46,934 nt of DNA from an uncultured bacterium (GTDB lineage: Bacteria; Eisenbacteria; RBG-16-71-46; CAIMUX01). Position numbers and translations under genes: made by a program. The notes below the pieces were generated by a model that saw only the letters and a list, made by a program, of their open reading frames with translations, was not told the origin of the DNA and ran no database searches. Positions 35,909-45,080 of this stretch are shown here, piece by piece (positions within the stretch are counted from its first letter, which is position 1; the number at the start of each line of letters is the position of its first letter). Where the stretch lies: NCBI GenBank assembly GCA_964652115.1, contig CAZZAH010000001.1, positions 5,669 to 52,602 of the forward strand. Reading direction: 5' to 3'.

Positions 35909-36038
35909 GGCCCGATTCTGGTAGGGGTAAGACATTCGGGGTGATGAGGTCTGCGCCGGCGTAACAGCCGATGGCAACGCGCAGGCCCCGCGCCCTGCCG
36001 GTCGGGCGGGCCGACCGCGTCATGAGTGGAGGAGTTTG

Positions 36039-36308
36039 ATGCCACTGTCCAAGGAAGAGAAGCAAGAGATCATCGGCAAGTACAAGCTGCATGATCTCGA
36101 CTCCGGCTCACCGGAGGTGCAGATCGCGCTCCTGACGGAGAAGATCCGACACCTGACCGAGCACTTCAGGAAGCACGCGACCGATCACCATTCGCGGCGA
36201 GGATTGCTCCGCATGGTGGGGCGCCGCCGCAAGCTGCTCGAGTATTTGAAGAACACCAAGCTCGAGAGCTATCGGAATCTGGTCAAGGAGCTGGGATTGC
36301 GCAGGTAA
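36039..36308 (+). CDS. rpsO: 30S ribosomal protein S15
   Basis: 89 aa from ATG 36039. [71 protein letters not shown] is canonical S15. Confidence 0.95.
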   Translation: MPLSKEEKQEIIGKYKLHDLDSGSPEVQIALLTEKIRHLTEHFRKHATDHHSRRGLLRMVGRRRKLLEYLKNTKLESYRNLVKELGLRR

Positions 36309-36386
36309 AGACAGGGCGAGTAGGGATCGGGTTCGGTATCGACCGGAACACCTACACCCTCGTCCACGACCCATCCGCTCCGACGT

Positions 36387-36416
36387 GCGCTGAGCCTCGA
36401 GGTTCGAGCTCAGCGC
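36387..36416 (+). promoter_or_regulatory. Strong stem-loop in the rpsO-pnp intergenic leader (candidate rpsO terminator and/or RNase III processing stem of the pnp leader)
   Basis: gcgctgagc (36387-36395) pairs perfectly with gctcagcgc (36408-36416). The stem extends by 4 bp (tcga/tcga) after a 1-nt bulge and closes on a GGT triloop. No U-tract follows. Confidence 0.4.
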
Positions 36417-36619
36417 TGGACTACTCCGCGTGCGAGGGCTCGCGTCGAAGCGGTTCTATGAACCTCGACGCCCGCGGAATGTCCTTCCTCTCCGCGCTGG
36501 GGCCGAGGTCCTCGCTCATGCAGGAATGGGCCGGCCCCGATGGAAGTTTTCCGCGAAGCAGTGAAGCGCGGGGACTCCGCACCCGCTCATGCGGGCTTGC
36601 CGGCGAAACAGGAGAAAAA

Positions 36620-38713
36620 ATGCAAAAGGTTCAGCTAGAACTTGGAGGCCGCACCCTCGTCCTCGAGACCGGCCGCCTGGCCAAGCAGGCGTCGGGCGCG
36701 TGCCTCATCAGCTTCGGGGACACCGTGGTGCTGGCGACCGCGGTGATCGGTCGCACCGAGATCGACCGCGACTTCCTCCCGCTCACCGTCGACTATCGAG
36801 AGAAGACCTACGCGGCGGGCCGCATCCCCGGCGGCTTCTTCAAGCGCGAGGGCCGTCCGACCGAGAAGGAGATCCTCTCCTCACGGCTCATCGATCGCTC
36901 GATTCGCCCCTTCTTCGAGAAGAGCAACCGCTACGAGATTCAGATCCAGGCGGACGTGCTCTCGAGCGATCAGGAGAACGACTCCGACGTTCTCGGGCTT
37001 GTCGCCACGTCGATGGCGGTCTGCCTCTCGGACATGCCCTTCCCGGTGCCGATCTCGGCGGTGCGAGTCGGCATGGTCGGCGGCGACCTCATGGTCAATC
37101 CGACCACGAGCGAGCTCGAGGAGAGCCGCGTCAACATCATCGTCGCGGGCACCGAGGACTCGATCGTGATGGTCGAGGGCGAGGCGCGCGAGATCAGCGA
37201 GACGCAGTTCCTGGAGATCATCAAATTCGCGCATGAACACATCAAGGCGCTTTGCGGACTGCAGGCACAGCTGCTGGCCGTGGCGGGGCGTCAAAAGCGG
37301 ACCCTTCCGGTGCGCGAGATCGATCCCGCGCTCAAGGAGACGGTGACGAGCGCGGTGCGCGCCAAGGTCGAGCAGGTCGTCCGCATCCCGGACAAGATGG
37401 ACCGCGAGCGTTCGATGGACGAGGTTCGGGTGAACGCGATCGCGCAGTTCGCTCCGGCCGGCGCCGCGGACACGACGCCCGACAAGGTGAAGGCGGTCGG
37501 CAAGGTCGTCGACAAGCTCGAGAGCGAGATTCTTCGGAAGATGGTTCTGACCGAGGGCCTGCGCGCCGATGGCCGGAAGCCCGACCAGATCCGGCCGATC
37601 ACCTGCGATGTCGGCGTCCTGCCGCGCACGCACGGAAGCGCTCTGTTCACGCGTGGTCAGACGCAAGCGCTGGTCGTCGCGACGCTCGGCACCTCGGTCG
37701 ATGAGCAGCGGATCGAGGAGCTGACCGGTCAGTCGTGGAAGACCTTCATGCTCCACTACAACTTCCCGCCCTTCTCGGTCGGCGAGACGCGGCCTAACCG
37801 CGGACCCGGACGTCGCGAGATCGGCCACGGCGCTCTGGCAGAGCGAGCCCTCTCCGCCGTCGTGCCCTCGAACGAGCGCTTTCCCTACACGATCCGAATC
37901 GTGTCGGACATCCTCGAGTCGAACGGCTCCTCGTCGATGGCTTCGGTCTGCGGCGGCAGCCTGGCGATGATGGATGCCGGCGTGCCGATCAAGTCGCCGG
38001 TCGCGGGAATCGCGATGGGATTGGTGAAGGACGGCGATCAGGTCGCGATCCTCTCCGACATCATGGGGATCGAGGATCACCTCGGCGACATGGACTTCAA
38101 GGTGGCGGGCACGGCCGAGGGCATCAACGCCATCCAGATGGACATCAAGATCAAGGGCCTCGACTTCGGGATCCTCTCGCGCGCGCTCGAGCAGGCGCGG
38201 CAGGGGCGGCTCCACATCTTGGGCATCATGAATCAAACGCTGGCCGAGTCGCGTCGCGAGATCTCGGTCTACGCGCCGCGCATCATCGTAATCAAGATCA
38301 ACCCGGACAAGATCCGCGACGTGATCGGCCCGGGCGGCAAGATGATCAAGAAGATCTGCGAGGAGACGGGCGCTCAGATCGACGTCGAGGACGACGGCAC
38401 CGTCAAGGTGGCGTGCGTCGACTCCGAGATGGCGCACCGCGCGGTCGACATCATCCGCGCGCTGACCGAGGATCCGGAGATCGGCCGCGTCTATCGCGGA
38501 AAGGTGAAGCGCATCGTCAACTTCGGCGCCTTCGTCGAGATCCTCCCGGGCCGTGACGGCCTGGTGCACATCTCGGAGCTCGAGAACCACCGCGTGGCTC
38601 GCGTCGAGGACATCCTCGCCGAGGGCGACGTCGTGATGGTGAAGGTGATCGGCGTCGACGAAGAGGGCAAGATTCGCCTCTCCCGGAAAGCGGTCCTGCA
38701 AGAGGCCGAGTAG
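36620..38713 (+). CDS. pnp: Polyribonucleotide nucleotidyltransferase (PNPase)
   Basis: ATG 36620 follows AGGAGAAAAA. MQKVQLELGGRTLVLETGRLAKQASGA start, two RNase PH domains (FPLTVDYREKTYAAGRIPGGFFKREGRP; RREIGHGALAERAL), and KH (IGPGGKMIKKI) and S1 (GKVKRIVNFGAFVEI) domains. The track start 36458 is an over-extension. Confidence 0.95.
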   Translation: MQKVQLELGGRTLVLETGRLAKQASGACLISFGDTVVLATAVIGRTEIDRDFLPLTVDYREKTYAAGRIPGGFFKREGRPTEKEILSSRLIDRSIRPFFEKSNRYEIQIQADVLSSDQENDSDVLGLVATSMAVCLSDMPFPVPISAVRVGMVGGDLMVNPTTSELEESRVNIIVAGTEDSIVMVEGEAREISETQFLEIIKFAHEHIKALCGLQAQLLAVAGRQKRTLPVREIDPALKETVTSAVRAKVEQVVRIPDKMDRERSMDEVRVNAIAQFAPAGAADTTPDKVKAVGKVVDKLESEILRKMVLTEGLRADGRKPDQIRPITCDVGVLPRTHGSALFTRGQTQALVVATLGTSVDEQRIEELTGQSWKTFMLHYNFPPFSVGETRPNRGPGRREIGHGALAERALSAVVPSNERFPYTIRIVSDILESNGSSSMASVCGGSLAMMDAGVPIKSPVAGIAMGLVKDGDQVAILSDIMGIEDHLGDMDFKVAGTAEGINAIQMDIKIKGLDFGILSRALEQARQGRLHILGIMNQTLAESRREISVYAPRIIVIKINPDKIRDVIGPGGKMIKKICEETGAQIDVEDDGTVKVACVDSEMAHRAVDIIRALTEDPEIGRVYRGKVKRIVNFGAFVEILPGRDGLVHISELENHRVARVEDILAEGDVVMVKVIGVDEEGKIRLSRKAVLQEAE

Positions 38714-38742
38714 GCGGAAGCGCTACAGTAACGAAGCGCGAG

Positions 38743-38768
38743 ACGGACCGGGGGATCCTCCGGTCCGT
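38743..38768 (+). terminator. Hairpin downstream of pnp
   Basis: acggaccgg (38743-38751) pairs perfectly with ccggtccgt (38760-38768). GTGTCATTTCC follows, which is only a short T run. Confidence 0.45.
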
Positions 38769-38806
38769 GTCATTTCCGCCGAGTCCTCCTTCGAGGCGAG
38801 GGATCG

Positions 38807-40105
38807 TTGAAGTTTCTACGCGAAGTTCGTCACGCCATCGTCGAGCCGACCATCCACCGCGAGGTCCTGCCCGGCGGCGTCCTCTTGCTGGCGGAGCCGG
38901 TGGAGGCGGTGCCCTCCCTCGCACTCGGCTTCTGGTTCCGCAGCGGATCACGTCACGAGGCCGCGGGCGAATCGGGCCTGGCGCACTTCATCGAGCACAT
39001 GGTCTTCAAGGGCTCGCGCCGCCACTCCGCCTATCAGCTCGCGCAGAAGATGGAGGCGTTGGGCGGACAGATCGACGCCTTCACCACCAAGGAGACCACC
39101 TGCTACTACGCGCGGGTGTTCGAAGGCCACCATCGCCAGACGATCGAGATCCTGGCCGAGCTCGTGGGCGAGCCGCGCTTCGATCCCGAGATGGTCGAAC
39201 GAGAGCGTCAGGTGGTCGAGGAAGAGATCCAGAGCTACGAGGACAACCCGGAAGAGAAGGTGCAGGATCTCGCGGCCGAGCTGCTCTACGGGGCCACTCA
39301 TCCGCTCGGACGACCGATCCTCGGTACGGAGGAGACGCTGGGCGAGATCGGCGCACGATCGCTGCGTCGATTTCATCGCGCGCACTACACCCGGCCTAAC
39401 CTGATCGTGACCGCGGCGGGGAAGTTCGACCTCGCGCGACTCAGAGCCGAGCTGATCGAGAAGATCAAGCTGCCGTCGACCAAGGCGCCGGTCCTGCGCG
39501 CGCGACTCACGCCGACACGTCCCTCCGAGCGGCATGAGGAGCGCGATCTCCAGCAAGCGTCTCTCTGCCTCGTGCGTCGCGGTCCGTCGGCGCGCGACGC
39601 CGATCGTCACACCCACGCCGTGCTCAACACGATCTTGGGCGCCGGCATGAGCTCTCGCCTCTTTCAGAAGATCCGCGAAGATGAAGGGTTGGCCTACTCG
39701 GTCTACTCCTTCAGCGATCCCTTCCGCGACACCGGGATCTTCGGCGTGATTCTGGGCTGCCATCCGAGCAAGCTCGAGCGCGCGTTCTCGCTCGTCTGTC
39801 GTGAGCTCGCGCGCATCAAGCGAAGCGGCATCAAGCGGTGGGAGCTCGAGAGCGCGCGCGCGCAGCTGCTGACCGGACTCTTCTTGTCCTATGAGAGTAT
39901 GTACGACAGAATCAGCCGCCTAGCGCACAACGAGCTTCACTTCGGGCGACAGCTTCCCATCCAAGATGGCGTCGATGGAATCGCCGAGGTGGACGAAGCT
40001 GAGGTGCTGAAGGCGGCGAAGGAGCTCCTTGATCCGTCGAGCTTCTCTCTCGTGACGCTGGGTCCCGCGGGTGCGCGGCCGAAGCTCGCGGGGCTCGACT
40101 TCTAG
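38807..40105 (+). CDS. M16 (pitrilysin/insulinase) family zinc peptidase
   Basis: 432 aa. GLAHFIEHMVFKG contains the inverted HxxEH zinc motif. A downstream E-rich region (ERERQVVEEEI) is typical of M16. A gene of this family is commonly found downstream of pnp. Confidence 0.85.
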   Translation: MKFLREVRHAIVEPTIHREVLPGGVLLLAEPVEAVPSLALGFWFRSGSRHEAAGESGLAHFIEHMVFKGSRRHSAYQLAQKMEALGGQIDAFTTKETTCYYARVFEGHHRQTIEILAELVGEPRFDPEMVERERQVVEEEIQSYEDNPEEKVQDLAAELLYGATHPLGRPILGTEETLGEIGARSLRRFHRAHYTRPNLIVTAAGKFDLARLRAELIEKIKLPSTKAPVLRARLTPTRPSERHEERDLQQASLCLVRRGPSARDADRHTHAVLNTILGAGMSSRLFQKIREDEGLAYSVYSFSDPFRDTGIFGVILGCHPSKLERAFSLVCRELARIKRSGIKRWELESARAQLLTGLFLSYESMYDRISRLAHNELHFGRQLPIQDGVDGIAEVDEAEVLKAAKELLDPSSFSLVTLGPAGARPKLAGLDF

Positions 40106-40132
40106 CTCACCGGACGTCCATCGGGAGGTTTC

Positions 40133-40627
40133 GTGGACCAGTCTGTCGACAGTCCCGCCGCCACCGTTCTCTGCCAAGCATGCCATCCCCGCGCCCTGCT
40201 GCCACGGCGCATGACCGTGGGCGCGAGCGGTCACGATCTCGCCGCATGCCTCGATGAAGAGATCGTCCTCGAGCCCGGTGAGCGGCGCGCCGTCCCGACC
40301 GGCCTGATCCTCGCGATTCCGCTGGGCTACGAAGGGGTGCTTCGTCCGCGCAGCGGGCTCGCGCTCAAGCAGGGGGTGACGCTGCTCAACAGCCCCGGCA
40401 CGATCGACTCGGACTATCGTGGCGAGGTGAAGGTCATCCTCATCAATCTAGGGCAGGAGCCGGCGCGGATCGCGCACGGCGATCGGATCGCGCAGCTCGT
40501 GATTCAATCGGTGCCCGCCTTCTCGCTCGCGTGGGGAGAGATCAACGATCAGACCGCGCGTGGCGAAGGTGGTTTCGGACATACCGGAGTCGCTTCGCTC
40601 GCCGATTCGGCGCGAGGAGAGCAGTAG
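40133..40627 (+). CDS. dut: dUTP diphosphatase
   Basis: 164 aa. [58 protein letters not shown], and a C-terminal [10 protein letters not shown] motif. Confidence 0.9.
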   Translation: MDQSVDSPAATVLCQACHPRALLPRRMTVGASGHDLAACLDEEIVLEPGERRAVPTGLILAIPLGYEGVLRPRSGLALKQGVTLLNSPGTIDSDYRGEVKVILINLGQEPARIAHGDRIAQLVIQSVPAFSLAWGEINDQTARGEGGFGHTGVASLADSARGEQ

Positions 40628-40628
40628 C

Positions 40629-41522
40629 TTGCGCTTTCCGATCGGCCTCGTCCTGCCGGCGCCGCTTCGCGCCGCGTTCGCCGCGATGGTCGTGCTCGGC
40701 GTCGCCTTCGGGCTCGCCTCCTCCGCCTTGCCCGAGGGAATGTCGGTGGCGGTCGACAGCAGCGGGATCGCGTCCCCTGCCATCGACTCGATCGCGACGG
40801 GGGACCCGAACGCGCCGGGCCGCCACTCCTCGATCTTGATCGGGGAGCAGCTCGTCTTCTCGGTGCGATACGGGAAGATCCCCGCGGGAGAGGCGACCCT
40901 CTCGATCGTGGACCAGAACTTCGTCGACGGTCATCCCTGCCTTCACGTCGTTTCGACCGCGCGCTCGTCCTCCGTCTTCGACAAGGTCTACCCTGTGCGC
41001 GATCGCTACGAAAGCTACATGGACGTCGACTCGCTCTATAGCCGGCACTTCGAGAAGCATCTCCGCGAGGGGAGATACAAAGCCGACCAGGTCGTGCGGA
41101 TGGATCAGGAAGCGGGACGCGCGCGCTATCACGATGGGCGCGAGTTCGAGATCCCGCACGGCACCTTCGACGTGCTCAGCGCCTTCTATCGCGTGCGCAC
41201 GATGGAGCTGAAGGAGGGGAGCGAGTTCTTCCTCGACAGCCACGCCGATCGAAAGAACTACCCGATGAAGGTGAGCGTGATCGGGAAGGAGCGCGTGGAG
41301 ACCCCGGTCGGCACCTTCGACTGCTTCGTGCTCGAGCCTCGTCTGCGCAGCGGCGCGTTCTTCAAGGGAGAGGGGAAGCTGACCATCTGGCTGACCGACG
41401 ACGAGCGCCGCATCCCGGTGCAGATGAAGAGCAAGATTCCGATCGGTTCGATCTCGGTCGTGCTCACGTCGATGACGCGACCCGATGCGCCGCCGAGCTC
41501 CGGTGAGGCGGGCGGCCAGTGA
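40629..41522 (+). CDS. DUF3108-like secreted or periplasmic protein
   Basis: TTG 40629 lies just after the dut stop and gives a hydrophobic N-terminus (LRFPIGLVLPAPLRAAFAAMVVLGVAFGLASSA). The body (LVFSVRYGKIPAGEATLSI...HVVSTARSSSVFDKVYPVRDRYESYMD...FDCFVLEP...GKLTIWLTDDERRIPVQMKSKIPIGSISVVL) matches my recollection of the DUF3108 pattern. The start is uncertain (track 40560). Confidence 0.55.
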   Translation: MRFPIGLVLPAPLRAAFAAMVVLGVAFGLASSALPEGMSVAVDSSGIASPAIDSIATGDPNAPGRHSSILIGEQLVFSVRYGKIPAGEATLSIVDQNFVDGHPCLHVVSTARSSSVFDKVYPVRDRYESYMDVDSLYSRHFEKHLREGRYKADQVVRMDQEAGRARYHDGREFEIPHGTFDVLSAFYRVRTMELKEGSEFFLDSHADRKNYPMKVSVIGKERVETPVGTFDCFVLEPRLRSGAFFKGEGKLTIWLTDDERRIPVQMKSKIPIGSISVVLTSMTRPDAPPSSGEAGGQ

Positions 41523-41552
41523 CGCGATCGCGCGCACGCTCTCGGAGGTTCG

Positions 41553-42542
41553 ATGTCGCGCTATGAGGAGGTCGACCTAGGCCGCATCCGGAGCTATCCG
41601 GTCGACACGCGCGAGAGCAAGGTGGCCGAGGCGCAGCTCTACATTCCTCCGGCCGACCTCGACTCCTTCACTCAGTTCTGGGATGCCCTGCCCGACGTGC
41701 TCGCGGTCCGCGACCTCAAGGACCTGGTCGCGCGGATGGGCTCAGCGCGGGCGAGGGGGGCAGGACGCTTGGCGATGGCGGGCGCGCATGTGATCAAGAC
41801 CGGCCTCGCGCCCGGGCTGATTCGAATGATGGAAGACGGTTGGATCACCACGCTCGCGCTCAACGGCGCCGGGGCGATTCATGATCTGGAGATGGCCTTC
41901 TTTGGGCGCACCTCCGAGGACGTCGCGGTCGAGCTTCCCGAGGGCCGCTTCGGCATGGCGCGGGAGACCTCGGAGTGGCTCAATCGTTGGACCACGGAGG
42001 CCGCCGAGCGGGGAGAGGGCCTGGGTGAAGGCCTGGGCCGCGCGTTCCTGGAGCACGGCGCCCCGAACGTGGCCCGAAGCGTCCTCGCCTCGGCCTACCG
42101 CCTCGGGGTTCCCGCCACCATTCACCTCTCCATCGGGACCGACATCAACCAGCAGCACCCGAGCTTCTCCGGGGGCGCGGCGGGTGAGGCGAGCGCGCGC
42201 GACTTCCGGATCCTGGCGCGGCAGGTGGCGACCCTCGACCACGGCGTGGCTCTCAATCTCGGGTCGGCCGTGCTCCTGCCCGAGGTCTTCCTGAAGGCGA
42301 TCTCGGTCGCGATCAACCTCGGGAGCCGGTTCAGCGATCTGACCACCGCGGTCTTCGACTTCCAGCGGCACTATCGGCCGACGCAGAACGTGGTCGACCG
42401 GCCGACCCGAACCGGCGGGCGCGGCTATTACCTGATTGGCCACCACGAGCTGTTGCTGCCCCTCTTCATCCAGGCGGTCCTGCGTCAGCGGGCCCCTTCG
42501 GCACGTCCGGAACCTCAAGGCGACACCGGAACGGTCCGATGA
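41553..42542 (+). CDS. Deoxyhypusine synthase family-like protein (function unknown)
   Basis: 329 aa. LAMAGAHVIKTGLAPGLIRMMEDGWITTLALNGAGAIHDLEMAFFG resembles the nucleotide-binding core pattern of bacterial deoxyhypusine-synthase-family homologues. Assignment is by eye only. Confidence 0.4.
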   Translation: MSRYEEVDLGRIRSYPVDTRESKVAEAQLYIPPADLDSFTQFWDALPDVLAVRDLKDLVARMGSARARGAGRLAMAGAHVIKTGLAPGLIRMMEDGWITTLALNGAGAIHDLEMAFFGRTSEDVAVELPEGRFGMARETSEWLNRWTTEAAERGEGLGEGLGRAFLEHGAPNVARSVLASAYRLGVPATIHLSIGTDINQQHPSFSGGAAGEASARDFRILARQVATLDHGVALNLGSAVLLPEVFLKAISVAINLGSRFSDLTTAVFDFQRHYRPTQNVVDRPTRTGGRGYYLIGHHELLLPLFIQAVLRQRAPSARPEPQGDTGTVR

Positions 42543-42569
42543 TCTAGGCGATGACCGGTTTGGGATTGG

Positions 42570-42599
42570 TTGACGTCTCGGCGCGGGCTTTGCTAGCGT
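42570..42599 (+). promoter_or_regulatory. Candidate sigma-70-type promoter upstream of the polysaccharide export genes
   Basis: TTGACG (42570-42575), an 18-nt spacer, then TAGCGT (42594-42599). Sequence pattern only. Confidence 0.3.
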
Positions 42600-42680
42600 G
42601 GCTCGAACGAGTGGTCCCCCACGTCCTAAGCCGAGTCCGTGCGATTCAGGGTAGATAACCAGCACAGGAATTACGAAAGC

Positions 42681-43673
42681 ATGGCCCGTTCCAAGGATGG
42701 GAGGCGCCGCCGGGGGAACCCATTCCCCTCGGTTTTCGCGTGGGGACGCGAATCCGCGAACGGCGCGTGGACCGCATCGGTACGGATGGGCTCGTCGATC
42801 GCGGAACTCCTTGCCGCACACGGGCGCCGCTCATCGTTCCTCATCGAATCCGCCGTGCGTCGACCGCTGCTCGGACTTCTCGCCGTTCTTTCGCTTCTCT
42901 GCATGATCTCGGCCGCGGTGGCGCAGGATTCGCCCGAGCCGAAGCGTGATTTTCCGCCGCTGGAGGGGCCGCACCCGACGCGTCCCGCTCCCCCCGACCG
43001 AATTCCGACGCCCGAGATCCCGAGCCCGACGACCCCCGGGGCTCCCGCCGACACGACGTCGCGTTACCTGATCGGCGCGGGGGACGAGCTGACCGTCACC
43101 GTCATAGGACAGCCCGAGCTCTCGCGCGTGGTGCGGGTGCTGCCCGATGGCTCGATCACCTATCCCGGGGTCGAGGGAACGCTGTTCGTGATGGGAAAGA
43201 CCGCCGACGCCGCCGGCCTGGAGCTCAAGGAGAAGCTGGGGCGGATCCTTCGCTATCCCGACCTTCAGCTGATGATCACCGCCTTCGGACCGCAGCGTTT
43301 CTATGTCATGGGCGAGGTCGAGATCCCCGGCGACCACGAGTGGGTCAAGGGACAGACCGTGCTGCAAGCGGTGGCTCAGGCCGGCGGGTTTCGAAACACC
43401 GGCAAGCGGAACAACGTGATCGTCGTCCGGCGAACGGGACCGGACAGCGCCGACATCTACCAGCTCGATCTCCGGAAGGCGCTTCAGCTCGACGGCGGCG
43501 CGGCGGACATGCCGCTCCGACCTTTCGACATCGTTTACGTGCCCAAGACCTTTGTTGCGAACCTCAACGTCTTCGTCGATCAGTGGATGCGTCAGAACAT
43601 CGCGCCCTTCACCCTCTATCTCGAGGGATGGACCGCATTCCACGTGAACTCGACCCGCACCATCATCCGGTAG
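42681..43673 (+). CDS. Polysaccharide export protein, Wza/Poly_export plus SLBB type
   Basis: YLIGAGDELTVTVIGQPELSRVVRVLPDGSITYPGVEGTLFVMGKTADAAGLELKEKL is the Poly_export domain. FYVMGEVEIPGDHEWVKGQTVLQAVAQAGGF is the SLBB domain. A hydrophobic signal/anchor (LLGLLAVLSLLCMISAAVAQ) is present. The start is uncertain: ATG 42681 (weak AGGAA SD), ATG 42786, or the track start 42639. Confidence 0.8.
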   Translation: MARSKDGRRRRGNPFPSVFAWGRESANGAWTASVRMGSSIAELLAAHGRRSSFLIESAVRRPLLGLLAVLSLLCMISAAVAQDSPEPKRDFPPLEGPHPTRPAPPDRIPTPEIPSPTTPGAPADTTSRYLIGAGDELTVTVIGQPELSRVVRVLPDGSITYPGVEGTLFVMGKTADAAGLELKEKLGRILRYPDLQLMITAFGPQRFYVMGEVEIPGDHEWVKGQTVLQAVAQAGGFRNTGKRNNVIVVRRTGPDSADIYQLDLRKALQLDGGAADMPLRPFDIVYVPKTFVANLNVFVDQWMRQNIAPFTLYLEGWTAFHVNSTRTIIR

Positions 43674-43679
43674 GAGCCA

Positions 43680-45062
43680 ATGGACGGCGCCGCACTTTCA
43701 CGCGAATCTGATGCCCCGCGCGAGGCGAGCCTCCGCGATTTCGCCGCGGTGCTTTTCCGTCGCGCCTGGGTGGTCATCGCCGCATTCCTCGCCGGGCTCG
43801 GCGTGGTCGCCGCGCTCAACGCGACGCGCCCGGTCCTCTACGAATCGACCTCGCGCGTGCTCGTGTCGCGCGGGCAGCAGGAGAGCGCCTACACCTCGCG
43901 GATCAAGCCGCTGCTCTCCTGGGAAGAAGAGCTCAACTCCGAGATGGAGACCGTGACCAGCGGGCACATCCTGGAGCTGGCGCAGAAGCTGCTCGAGGGC
44001 AGCCACGCGGTCGGCTCGGACGGAAAGCCGGTGGAGCTCGAGCCGGCGCGCGTCCACGCCACCATCAACGGCAAGTCGAGCGTGATCTACATCAGCTATC
44101 AGGACCACGATCCCGGCGCCGCCCGCGAGGGCTGCCGCGCGATCGCGCAGGCTTACGCCGACTTTCGGCAGCAAGTGCGCGCCGTGCCCGAGGTCGACAA
44201 GTTCTTCCGCGAGGAGATCGAGGACCTGCGGCTGCAGCTCGATGATTGGGCGCAGAAGCGCGCCGACTTCATGGGCGAAGAGGACGTGGTGCGGATCTCC
44301 GAGGAGCGGTCGAACCTCCTCATCGTTCGCCAGCAGACGGAACTGAAGCTCAACGAGGTGCGAGCCGACCTGGCCGAGGACGAGGCGAAGGTCGAGGTGC
44401 TGCGCACGCGGATCCGAAACGCCGGCAAGGGGGACTTCGAGGTCTATCCCTTCTCCGAGGCGGACAATGAGGACGATCAGTCGATCGTCGAGGTGAAGCG
44501 GCAACTGATCCAGGAGCGCACCGCGTACTACGCCGCTTCCGCCACCTTCACCGACGAGCATCCCGAGGTGCTTTCGCACAAGACGCGCATGTCCGAGCTC
44601 GAGTCGGAGCTCGAGCGCGAGGTCCAGAGCTACCTCAAGCATCTCGAGTCGAAGGTGGAGGTGAAGAAGGCGCGCGAAGAGGCGCTGCTCGGCACCCTCC
44701 ACTACGTCGACTCGGAGCTGTCCGGCTTCCCCTCCAAGGAGGCGAGGCTCGATTCGTACGACCGCGTGATCGAGTCGCTCGAGGCCGATTACAAGGCGCT
44801 CGTCGAAAAGCAGATTCAGGCCAAGATCGAGCGCACCGGCACCTCCGACTACAACGTGCTCGTGCTGCAGCCCGCGGCCAAGGCCATCGCCCTTCGGACC
44901 AACGACATCGTGCGCCTGGCTCTGATCCCCCTCCTCTCGCTCCTGGTCGGGGTGGCGCTCGCCTTCCTCTTCGATGGATTGGATCACTCGGTCAAGGACG
45001 CGACGGAGGTGGAGACCCACCTCAGGTTGCCGGTCCTCGGTTCGATCGGGCGCTTGCGCTAG
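43680..45062 (+). CDS. Polysaccharide chain-length determinant (PCP/Wzz/GumC-like; PEP-CTERM-locus type)
   Basis: 460 aa. N-terminal Wzz-like segment with a TM (LRDFAAVLFRRAWVVIAAFLAGLGVVAAL), a long coiled-coil periplasmic region, and a C-terminal TM (LALIPLLSLLVGVALAFLF). AGGAG SD. It follows the exporter by 6 nt. Confidence 0.75.
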   Translation: MDGAALSRESDAPREASLRDFAAVLFRRAWVVIAAFLAGLGVVAALNATRPVLYESTSRVLVSRGQQESAYTSRIKPLLSWEEELNSEMETVTSGHILELAQKLLEGSHAVGSDGKPVELEPARVHATINGKSSVIYISYQDHDPGAAREGCRAIAQAYADFRQQVRAVPEVDKFFREEIEDLRLQLDDWAQKRADFMGEEDVVRISEERSNLLIVRQQTELKLNEVRADLAEDEAKVEVLRTRIRNAGKGDFEVYPFSEADNEDDQSIVEVKRQLIQERTAYYAASATFTDEHPEVLSHKTRMSELESELEREVQSYLKHLESKVEVKKAREEALLGTLHYVDSELSGFPSKEARLDSYDRVIESLEADYKALVEKQIQAKIERTGTSDYNVLVLQPAAKAIALRTNDIVRLALIPLLSLLVGVALAFLFDGLDHSVKDATEVETHLRLPVLGSIGRLR

Positions 45063-45080
45063 TCCTGGGAGGAGGTCGCG

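Noticed and set aside
36396-36412. GGTTCGAGC string resembling a tRNA T-loop (GGTTCGAAT).
   Set aside because: The flanking sequence folds as one simple hairpin with a 3-nt loop. I could find no acceptor stem, D-arm or anticodon arm, so it is not a tRNA.
38767-39399. 210-aa plus-strand ORF overlapping the start of the M16 peptidase gene in another frame.
   Set aside because: The translation is Arg/Gly/Pro-rich, while the overlapping frame carries the HxxEH zinc-peptidase signature.
42600-42680. Possible riboswitch (for example c-di-GMP) in the leader of the polysaccharide export genes.
   Set aside because: I found no recognisable conserved riboswitch core sequence and only trivial 4-bp stems. 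The coding start is also uncertain, so the leader may be short.
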